From positions 1 through 11,429 of the forward strand of contig JBGTHM010000094.1 in NCBI GenBank assembly GCA_041746255.1: a stretch of 11,429 nucleotides of DNA, read 5' to 3'. Shown here one piece after another: positions 1 to 6,867 of this stretch (its first letter is position 1; the number at the start of each line of letters is the position of its first letter). The translations under genes and the position numbers were made by a program. Below the pieces are notes generated by a model, which saw only the letters and a list, made by a program, of their open reading frames with translations, had not been told where the DNA came from and did not search any database. This DNA comes from Fibrobacteria bacterium. GTDB lineage: Bacteria; Fibrobacterota; Fibrobacteria; UBA11236.

Positions 1-1149
1 GAGGTCGATCCCGAACTGCTCCGGACCTATGAGAAACTGGGTATTCCGCTGAGCGAGCAGAAAATGCTGGCCGGCGTGGCGGTGGACGCCATCTTCGACA
101 GCGTGTCGGTGGCGACCACGTTCAAGGATAAGCTGGCGGAGTACGGGGTCATCTTCTGTCCCTTCTCCGAAGCTGTACGTGAGCACCCGGAGCTGATCGA
201 GAAGTATCTCGGTTCGGTGGTGCCCTACAATGACAATTTCTTCGCGGCGCTCAACTCCGCGGTGTTCAGCGATGGATCGTTCGTGTATATCCCCAAAGGG
301 GTGCGCTGCCCCATGGAGCTGTCCACCTACTTCCGCATCAACACCGCCGACGCCGGCCAGTTCGAGCGGACGCTGATCATCGCCGACGAAGGCGCCTACG
401 TGAGCTACCTCGAAGGGTGCACGGCACCCAAGCGCGACACCAAGCAGCTGCATGCCGCGGTGGTCGAGCTGGTGGCCATGGAAGGGGCGACCATCAAGTA
501 CTCCACGGTCCAGAACTGGTACGCGGGGGACGCCGACGGCAAGGGCGGGATCTACAATTTTGTCACCAAGCGGGGCAAGTGCGCCGGCGCCCGGTCCAAG
601 ATTTCCTGGACCCAGGTGGAAACCGGTTCGGCGATCACCTGGAAATACCCCAGCGTCATCCTCCAGGGGGACGACAGTGTGGGCGAGTTCTATTCCGTCG
701 CCGTCGTCAATGGCCGGCAGCAGGCCGATACCGGGACCAAGATGATTCACCTGGGCAAGAATACCCGCTCGAGCATCATCTCCAAAGGCATATCGGCCGA
801 CAGAAGCAACAACAGTTATCGGGGCCTGGTGCGCATAGCCAAGAACGCAACAGGTTCGCGCAACTATTCGCAATGCGACAGCATGCTGGTGGGTGACAAT
901 TGCGGAGCGCATACCTTCCCCTATATCGAAGCGGCAAATCAAACTTGTCAAGTGGAACACGAAGCCTCCACTTCCAAGATTAGCGAGAATCAATTGTTTT
1001 ATTTCCAATCGCGGGGAGTACCGCGGGAAGAAGCGATTTCCATGATCATCAACGGTTTTTGTAAGGAAGTTTTCAAGCAATTGCCGATGGAATTCGCCGT
1101 GGAAGCCCAGAAACTGCTCGCCCTGAAATTGGAAAACAGTGTGGGCTGA
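1..1149 (+). CDS. sufB: Fe-S cluster assembly scaffold protein SufB (5'-truncated at window edge)
   Basis: Frame +1 is open from base 1 ([22 protein letters not shown]...), so the ATG at 64 is internal. SufB motifs: [77 protein letters not shown]. Stop TGA at 1147-1149. Confidence 0.98.
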   Translation, partial: EVDPELLRTYEKLGIPLSEQKMLAGVAVDAIFDSVSVATTFKDKLAEYGVIFCPFSEAVREHPELIEKYLGSVVPYNDNFFAALNSAVFSDGSFVYIPKGVRCPMELSTYFRINTADAGQFERTLIIADEGAYVSYLEGCTAPKRDTKQLHAAVVELVAMEGATIKYSTVQNWYAGDADGKGGIYNFVTKRGKCAGARSKISWTQVETGSAITWKYPSVILQGDDSVGEFYSVAVVNGRQQADTGTKMIHLGKNTRSSIISKGISADRSNNSYRGLVRIAKNATGSRNYSQCDSMLVGDNCGAHTFPYIEAANQTCQVEHEASTSKISENQLFYFQSRGVPREEAISMIINGFCKEVFKQLPMEFAVEAQKLLALKLENSVG

Positions 1150-1204
1150 GGTTCGCATTTCCGAACCTGTTAATATCAAGTACTTCATGGCGGCGTTAGC
1201 CGCC
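1149..1204 (+). other. Two tandem intergenic hairpins between sufB and sufC
   Basis: AGGTTCG(1149-1155)/CGAACCT(1162-1168) is a 7-bp stem. GGCGGC(1189-1194)-GTTA-GCCGCC(1199-1204) is a 6-bp all-GC stem. Neither has a U-tract. Confidence 0.5.
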
Positions 1205-1223
1205 CCAACCAATGGACCTATTC

Positions 1224-1958
1224 ATGCTCGAAATCATCGACCTTCACGCCAACGTCGCCGGCACCGAAATCCTCAAGGGAATTACCCTTACGGTAAACAA
1301 AGGTGAAACCCACGCCATCATGGGACCCAACGGTTCCGGTAAAAGCACCCTGTCCAAGATTCTGGCGGGTCATCCGGATTATGAGGTCACATCGGGTCAG
1401 GTCCTTTTCAATGGGGAGGATTTACTGACTTTGGAATCGGATGTACGGGCCCGCAAAGGTTTGTTCCTGGGGTTCCAATATCCCGTGGAGATTCCAGGTG
1501 TGAACAATGCGGAGTTCCTGCGCGCCGCCTACAACGCGCGCCTTCGCGATAAGGGATTGGAAGAGCTCGATCCGCTCGATTTCGACGAATTGCTGGACGG
1601 GAAAATGGCTGAGTTGACCATGGACAAACGTTTCAAGGAACGGGCCATCAATGAGGGTTTTTCCGGGGGAGAAAAGAAGCGCAACGAAATTTTACAAATG
1701 GCGGTGCTGAATCCGAAATTAGCCATATTGGATGAAACCGATTCAGGTCTGGATGTCGACGCGTTGAAAGTGGTCGCGGGAGGCATCAATCGCCTGCGCA
1801 ATCCCGAGAACGCCATAATTTTGATCACGCATTACCAACGCCTGCTCGACTATGTGCAACCCGATCAAGTGCATATCCTCAATCGGGGTGTTATCGTGCA
1901 ATCCGGGGGCAAGGAATTGGCGTTGGAAGTGGAGGCGCAAGGCTATGACCGAGCGTAA
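1224..1958 (+). CDS. sufC: Fe-S cluster assembly ABC-type ATPase SufC
   Basis: Walker A GPNGSGKST, FQYPVEIPGV, signature FSGGEKKRNE, Walker B ILDETDSGLD, switch ITHYQRLL. Start 1224 (MLEIIDLHA, typical SufC N-terminus, with GGA about 7 nt upstream) is preferred over 1212. Confidence 0.97.
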   Translation: MLEIIDLHANVAGTEILKGITLTVNKGETHAIMGPNGSGKSTLSKILAGHPDYEVTSGQVLFNGEDLLTLESDVRARKGLFLGFQYPVEIPGVNNAEFLRAAYNARLRDKGLEELDPLDFDELLDGKMAELTMDKRFKERAINEGFSGGEKKRNEILQMAVLNPKLAILDETDSGLDVDALKVVAGGINRLRNPENAIILITHYQRLLDYVQPDQVHILNRGVIVQSGGKELALEVEAQGYDRA

Positions 1959-3267
1959 CCAGACGACGATGGTTCAACAACAAACGCCGCTCGATTCGGG
2001 CTCGGAAGCGTTGCGGGAATTACGTGCTCAAGCCCGGCACGCGTATGAACGTCTGGGAACCCCGCATATAAAAGCCGAAGAATTCAATTATGTCCGTACC
2101 TCGGAAATTTCACCTTTTCTTTTACCGGCGGCTTCCCTTGCCACAGTTGCAAGCTGCCATCCCTCGGTGGAGGAGGTACAAAAGCATATCCTACCCGAGT
2201 CCCGCCAATCTTATCTCGTGCTGGTGGATGGTCAATACCAGGAATCGCTATCGCGACCTCCAAAAGGACTGGAAATCAACCCAGTAGCCACCCTAGGTGA
2301 AGCCGAGGCCGCGTCAATGCTGGCTCCGTTTCTTCTCATGGAGGAAGAAGATGCCTTGAGCGCATTGGCCATAGCTCAATGTGAACACCCGTTGCACCTT
2401 TCCGTCCCCGCCAAGTGGAACTCGCCTACGCCCATCCAGGTGTTGGCGTATGCGGCTTCCCCTGCCCCGCGCACGGACATAGCTCTGATGCTTACCGCGG
2501 GCTCGCTATCCGAAAGCCGCTTTACCTTTTTGACGGCGGGTCCGGAAGCCATGCCGGAATCAAAACGCATGGATAATATTTCCATCCGTTTTGATATCGA
2601 GGAGGGTGCCTCGCTACGCTGGCAACAGGCCGAGAGAGCTTTGGACGATACCCTGCATCTATGCAAACTCAATGGCAGGCTCGCAAGAGATAGCCGTTTT
2701 TCCGCCTTGAGCGCCTCTCCGGGATCGCATTTGACGCGGCGCGTATTTACTTTCGCCTTGGCCGGCGAAGGCGTCGACCTCGAATTGAAAAGCGTAACCG
2801 CAGCCGCCGGACAGCGACAGTCGCATAGCCTGGTGCAAATCAACCACCTGGCGCCCCATTGCACCAGCCGCCAACAATTCAAGAACGTGGTCGCGGAAAA
2901 ATCACGTTCCAGCGTGAACGGAACCATCCATGTCGCCAAGGCCGCCCAGCAAACCAACGCCTCGCAGCTAATCAACAATCTCATGCTCTCGGACGATGCG
3001 CATGCCGACACCAAACCCCGGTTGATGATTTTCGCCGACGACGTAAAATGTTCCCATGGCGCCACCGTGGGCCGCCTCGATGCGGAACAAATCTTTTATT
3101 TGCGGGCACGTGGGCTTACCGCCGAGCAGGCACGAACCTACCTCACCGTGGCTTTCATCGAAGAAGTCTTGGAGTCCGCGCACTCACCGTCCCTACGCGC
3201 CCTTCTTGAGTCTTCCCTGATTGGGCCCTTGATGCCTCACTTGGCCCATGCCAAAAAGGAGCGCTGA
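1945..3267 (+). CDS. sufD: Fe-S cluster assembly protein SufD
   Basis: C-terminal SufBD beta-helix motifs: INHLAPHCTSRQQFKNVV, NNLMLS, DTKPRLMIFADDVKCSHGATVG, FYLRARG. ATG 1945 follows SD GGAGG (1931-1935) and overlaps the sufC end by 14 nt. The ORF-track start at 1852 lies deep inside sufC. Confidence 0.95.
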   Translation: MTERNQTTMVQQQTPLDSGSEALRELRAQARHAYERLGTPHIKAEEFNYVRTSEISPFLLPAASLATVASCHPSVEEVQKHILPESRQSYLVLVDGQYQESLSRPPKGLEINPVATLGEAEAASMLAPFLLMEEEDALSALAIAQCEHPLHLSVPAKWNSPTPIQVLAYAASPAPRTDIALMLTAGSLSESRFTFLTAGPEAMPESKRMDNISIRFDIEEGASLRWQQAERALDDTLHLCKLNGRLARDSRFSALSASPGSHLTRRVFTFALAGEGVDLELKSVTAAAGQRQSHSLVQINHLAPHCTSRQQFKNVVAEKSRSSVNGTIHVAKAAQQTNASQLINNLMLSDDAHADTKPRLMIFADDVKCSHGATVGRLDAEQIFYLRARGLTAEQARTYLTVAFIEEVLESAHSPSLRALLESSLIGPLMPHLAHAKKER

Positions 3268-3268
3268 C

Positions 3269-4498
3269 ATGTTGAGCATCGATACCGCCGCGTTGTTGGA
3301 TATCAAAAAAGATTTCCCCCTGCTGAACCGCGAGGGCGAAGAACCCCTGTATTACCTCGACAGCGCCGCCACCACGCAAAAACCTGCCGTCGTTATCGAC
3401 GCCATGGACAAGTTCTACCGGGAAGAATACGGCACCGTGCGCCGGGGAGTCTATCGCCTCAGCGAAAAAGCCACGGCAGCCTATGAAGGCACCCGTAAAA
3501 AAGTAGCCGCCTTTCTTGGCGCGGAATCCGAAAAGGAAATCATCTATACCGGCGGTACCACCGATTCCATCAATCTGGTAGCCTATGCCTATGCCCGAAA
3601 ATTCCTGAGCGCGGGCGACGAAATTTTATTGACGGAAATGGAACATCACGCCAATATCGTTCCCTGGCAACTGGCCGCCCAGGAAACCGGCGCGGTCATC
3701 AAAGTGGTTCCCATTACCGATGAAGGGGAGCTCGATTTGGAGGCCTTTACCAAGCTTCTTAATCCTCGTACCCGTATGGTGGCCGTCACCTATCTATCCA
3801 ATGCGCTGGGGACCATCAACCCTATCCGCCAAATCGTCAGGGATGCCCATTCCGTCGGAGCCGTGGTGCTGGTGGACGGCGCCCAGTCCACTCCGCATAT
3901 GCAAGTCAATTTGCGCGAATTGGACGCCGACTTCTACGCCTTTTCCGGCCATAAGATTTTCGGGCCTACCGGAATCGGGATTCTTTACGGCAAAATGGCG
4001 CTGCTGGAAAAAATGCCTCCCTTCAAAGCCGGGGGAGACATGATTATCCGTGTCACCTTCGCGAAAACCACCTACCAACAACCGCCGCATCGCTTCGAAG
4101 CGGGAACCCCTCCCATCGCCGAAGTGGTCGGATTGGGAGCCGCCCTCGATTATGTGCAATCGGTGGGCATACACAATATCGCCCGGCATGAGAAAGCTTT
4201 GCTGGATTACGGAACCGAGATAATCCAACAAGTACCGGGTCTGCGTCTTATCGGTACCGCCCGGAACAAAGCCTCCGTACTTTCCTTTCACATGGAAGAC
4301 GTTCACCCGCATGATATCGGCACCCTGCTCGATCAACAGGGCATTGCCATCCGGGCCGGCCACCATTGCGCCCAGCCGGTGATGGATCGTTTCGGAATTC
4401 CGGCCACCGCCCGCGCCTCACTGGGGCCCTACAACACCCCTGAAGATCTGGACGCCCTGGTCCGGGGTCTTTTGCATATTCGTGAGGTTTTCGCCTGA
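3269..4498 (+). CDS. sufS: SufS-type (class II) cysteine desulfurase
   Basis: YLDSAATTQKP, MEHHANIVPWQ, PLP-lysine FSGHKIFGPTGIG, FEAGTP, HPHD, catalytic RAGHHCA. ATG 3269 follows SD AAGGAG (3256-3261), 1 nt after the sufD stop. Confidence 0.97.
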   Translation: MLSIDTAALLDIKKDFPLLNREGEEPLYYLDSAATTQKPAVVIDAMDKFYREEYGTVRRGVYRLSEKATAAYEGTRKKVAAFLGAESEKEIIYTGGTTDSINLVAYAYARKFLSAGDEILLTEMEHHANIVPWQLAAQETGAVIKVVPITDEGELDLEAFTKLLNPRTRMVAVTYLSNALGTINPIRQIVRDAHSVGAVVLVDGAQSTPHMQVNLRELDADFYAFSGHKIFGPTGIGILYGKMALLEKMPPFKAGGDMIIRVTFAKTTYQQPPHRFEAGTPPIAEVVGLGAALDYVQSVGIHNIARHEKALLDYGTEIIQQVPGLRLIGTARNKASVLSFHMEDVHPHDIGTLLDQQGIAIRAGHHCAQPVMDRFGIPATARASLGPYNTPEDLDALVRGLLHIREVFA

Positions 4499-4953
4499 TG
4501 TCGCGCGGAAGCGAGCTCTACCAGCAAGTCATTCTGGACCATAACCGCAACCCCCGAAATTTTCGGGCTTTGGAAAATACGGAATACGTGTGTGAGGGAC
4601 ACAACCCCCTTTGCGGCGACAATATCACCGTATACCTGAAGCTGGAGGCGGACGAAACGATATCCGATATCAGCTTCCAAGGCAACGGTTGCGCCATCTC
4701 GAAAGCCAGTGCCTCCATGATGACGGCTTTTCTGAAGGGTAAAAAGCTGGAAGACGCGAAAGTGGTTTTTCAGGAATTCCATGAAATGGTGGTCGGCGAT
4801 TTCGATCCGGAAACCGCTCCGCACCATTTGGGCAAACTCAAGTTATTTCATGGAGTTAAGGATTATCCATCCCGCATCAAATGCGCTACACTGGCGTGGC
4901 ATGCCTTCATGGGTGCTCTTAAACGCGAAAAAATCGCATCCACCGAGGCGTAA
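4498..4953 (+). CDS. sufU: SUF system NifU-family sulfur-transfer protein SufU
   Basis: LYQQVILDH, NPLCGD, GCAISKASAS, RIKCATLAW. Long spacer before the third Cys and no IscU LPPVK motif. TGATG stop/start overlap with sufS. Confidence 0.95.
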   Translation: MSRGSELYQQVILDHNRNPRNFRALENTEYVCEGHNPLCGDNITVYLKLEADETISDISFQGNGCAISKASASMMTAFLKGKKLEDAKVVFQEFHEMVVGDFDPETAPHHLGKLKLFHGVKDYPSRIKCATLAWHAFMGALKREKIASTEA

Positions 4954-4985
4954 AGCCTATTCCCACGGCTTTTTAGCCCTTTTTT
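4952..4985 (+). terminator. Weak candidate intrinsic terminator of the suf operon
   Basis: AAAGCC(4952-4957)/GGCTTT(4967-4972) stem with a 9-nt loop, followed by T-rich runs up to 4985. The stem has only 3 GC pairs. Confidence 0.3.
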
Positions 4986-5020
4986 CCCCGCTTCCCACAC
5001 TTTAACTCCGACGCAGGTTT

Positions 5021-5038
5021 TGACTACTTTTATAGTCA
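5021..5038. promoter_or_regulatory. Palindromic candidate operator TGACTA-N6-TAGTCA
   Basis: Perfect 6-bp inverted repeat in the intergenic region, ending 8 bp upstream of the sigma54-like motif. Confidence 0.4.
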
Positions 5039-5046
5039 TTCCCAAG

Positions 5047-5061
5047 TGGCGGCGAAATTGC
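5047..5061 (+). promoter_or_regulatory. Candidate sigma54 (-24/-12) promoter for the tubulin-like gene
   Basis: TGGCGGCGAAATTGC: GG(5048-5049) and GC(5060-5061) are separated by exactly 10 nt, with TGGC and TTGC matching the RpoN consensus TGGCAC-N5-TTGC. The implied TSS near 5073 lies just before SD AAAGGA (5077-5082) and ATG 5090. Confidence 0.4.
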
Positions 5062-5089
5062 CGGCAAACCCTACATAAAGGAAAAAGTC

Positions 5090-6388
5090 ATGTCCAATCG
5101 CCTGAAATTCGCAGTAGTAGGACTAGGCCAATGCGGGGGAAACCTTGCCAACGCCTTCGCCAAGTATGGGTACCCCAGCTTAGCTATCAATACCTCCGTA
5201 CTTGACCTGAAGGATTTGGCGAATATTCCGGATAATCGCAAGGTGCATATCCCCTTGAAGGACAGCGACGGGGCCGGAAAAGATCCCCGCATTGGCGAAC
5301 AGGCGTTGCGCACCCACCAATCCTATCTCGTTTCCAACTTACAAGAGTTCGTGCAAGGCGCGGATGCCATTCTCCTCACAGCGGGACTGGGTGGCGGTAC
5401 GGGTAGCAATGTCGCTTATCTCGGGGAAATGTTGAAGCAAATCGGACTTCCGGTTGTTGTCCTTACTACCATCCCCACTCAAAATGAATCCGCCCTGGCC
5501 AAAGTGAATGCCCTGCGCGGCGTCAACCGCCTCATCGGAGAAAATTTCGAGAGCTTCATCATCATCGACAACGGAAAAATCCTTTCCCTTTTTCCCGAAG
5601 GCAATTTGGCCACCTTCTACACACAAGCCAACGATTACGTGGCCCGCACCTTTTCCAGTCTTAACTCCATGTCCACCGAAATGGCCAGCCGCAGCCTTAT
5701 CAGCTTCGACAACGAAGATTTCCGCAAGGTACTGCTCTCTCATGGCATTTTGATTTTCGGAGAGAAGGAATTGGCTACCAGCGATTTGTCGACCTTGGAC
5801 GATATCCTCCCCCGCTTGCGCGGAATCTGGGAAGCGGGGGGGCTCATGGCCGAAGGTTTCGACCATACCACCGCAGCCGTGGGCGCGGTGAGCATCTATG
5901 CTCCCGCCGCGCTTTTGCAGAAAACTTCCAGCCGTTTTCTGAACCTGCTTGGCGACGAGTTCAAAACTTTGACCAATGGAGCCACCTGTTATTTCGGCCT
6001 TTATGAGCACAACAACCCCTCGACGGTGAAGATTACCAGTATGCTGGGTCGCTTGGCCATTCCCGTGCGCTTACAGGAAATGCTCGCAGAAGCGTCCAGT
6101 GAAGGTAAAAATCTCAGCCAAAAAATCCAGAAGGAGCTTCCCCGTCTCGATATCTCGGCCTTGGACGATATGGAACTTTTCTCGATGGGGCCAGAGCCCT
6201 TAGTCGATACGACCCCACCAGCAGCCAAAACCCAGGCATTGGCTCGGGAAGATTCCGATGCGGAAACCTCCAACCCCACCGGAAGAGAATCCAGTTTTTT
6301 TTCCTCGGATGAATTACTCCAGAATGAGGGTAACCAAAGTTACACGCTGGAAGAGTACGTCAGGCTGAAAAAGATGAAATCCCCTTGA
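5090..6388 (+). CDS. Tubulin/FtsZ-superfamily GTPase, non-canonical (TubZ/RepX/CetZ-like), 432 aa
   Basis: T1 GLGQCGGN (aa 11-18), T2 INTSxxDL (33-40), T3 GAGKDPRIG (61-69), T4 GLGGGTGSN (99-107), T5 PxxxE (129-133), T6 IIDN (158-161), T7 SLISFDNED (202-210). These are followed by an activation domain, a long helix (aa ~325-349) and an acidic low-complexity tail. SD AAAGGA upstream. Confidence 0.92.
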   Translation: MSNRLKFAVVGLGQCGGNLANAFAKYGYPSLAINTSVLDLKDLANIPDNRKVHIPLKDSDGAGKDPRIGEQALRTHQSYLVSNLQEFVQGADAILLTAGLGGGTGSNVAYLGEMLKQIGLPVVVLTTIPTQNESALAKVNALRGVNRLIGENFESFIIIDNGKILSLFPEGNLATFYTQANDYVARTFSSLNSMSTEMASRSLISFDNEDFRKVLLSHGILIFGEKELATSDLSTLDDILPRLRGIWEAGGLMAEGFDHTTAAVGAVSIYAPAALLQKTSSRFLNLLGDEFKTLTNGATCYFGLYEHNNPSTVKITSMLGRLAIPVRLQEMLAEASSEGKNLSQKIQKELPRLDISALDDMELFSMGPEPLVDTTPPAAKTQALAREDSDAETSNPTGRESSFFSSDELLQNEGNQSYTLEEYVRLKKMKSP

Positions 6389-6434
6389 GAGAAAAAAAGA
6401 AGTATAATAAGCGCAAAACAAGCGAGAGGCGCAT

Positions 6435-6629
6435 ATGCTTTTATTGATATCCCTGGTTTGCGTTTTCAGTACCTTCGGTGGAATCCTGCTTGGCCAGTCA
6501 CTGAAAGGTCTGCTTATCCTTAAGAACGGTCTCGAAAGCGGCCAGAAGAAAATGTTCGCCATTGGCCTAGGCGCGGTCGCAGTGGCGCTTATTCTATCCA
6601 TGGTCGGACTTTTCCTGCCCTCCCGCTAA
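6435..6629 (+). CDS. Small hypothetical membrane protein (64 aa, two predicted hydrophobic helices)
   Basis: SD-like GAGAGG (6424-6429) 5 nt before ATG. Hydrophobic segments at aa ~1-20 and ~40-62 are separated by a Lys-rich loop. Tandem stops TAATAG. It fills an otherwise empty intergenic gap. Confidence 0.7.
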   Translation: MLLLISLVCVFSTFGGILLGQSLKGLLILKNGLESGQKKMFAIGLGAVAVALILSMVGLFLPSR

Positions 6630-6762
6630 TAGCCTTGTAAAATAGGCCCCATAAACCGGTTGCTCCCGACGGTACCCGCCCGGGATCCCGATATTCCCCA
6701 CCCCAAAATACGGATTAAATCCTCCGCCGATAAGTCAAAATGGACTTGTGGTTTTGGGGAAT

Positions 6763-6791
6763 TGAATAATGTACCATAGATGCATTATTCA
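6763..6791. promoter_or_regulatory. Operator-like inverted repeat TGAATAATG-N11-CATTATTCA overlapping a possible sigma70 promoter
   Basis: Perfect 9-bp arms (6763-6771 and 6783-6791), 10 of 11 matches when extended inward. A possible promoter TGGACT(6741-6746)-N18-AATAAT(6765-6770) overlaps the left arm. The repeat ends 76 bp upstream of the ACAD start. Confidence 0.55.
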
Positions 6792-6867
6792 CTCTCCGAA
6801 AGAACTCTTGAGAGAGATTCTGGAAGAGCAACATTCAGGGCCGAAACACCCTGGTAAGGAGTTGGAA

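Noticed and set aside
1147..1173. TGA followed immediately by a stem-loop (possible SECIS/selenocysteine read-through of sufB)
   Set aside because: LENSVG is the normal SufB C-terminus, and read-through would hit TAA at 1171-1173 after only 7 more codons.
4958..5044. TTCCCA occurring three times (4960, 4992, 5039) as possible tubC-like centromere repeats
   Set aside because: Only 6-7 bp, irregularly spaced (32 and 47 bp) in a pyrimidine-rich tract. It is not an iteron array and there is no adjacent TubR-like gene.
5090..6388. Annotation as canonical cell-division ftsZ
   Set aside because: Lacks the FtsZ-specific GGGGxN, NTD, PFxFEG, NxDFAD and C-terminal core peptide, and has no ftsA/ftsQ/mur neighbours.
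6314..6601. 95-aa minus-strand ORF as an alternative to the 64-aa membrane protein
   Set aside because: It overlaps the tubulin-like gene end and has no recognisable features, whereas the + strand ORF has an RBS and a coherent two-helix pattern.
6792..6860. Purine-rich leader superficially like a glycine riboswitch
   Set aside because: The conserved aptamer core and tandem architecture are not present, and the downstream gene does not fit.
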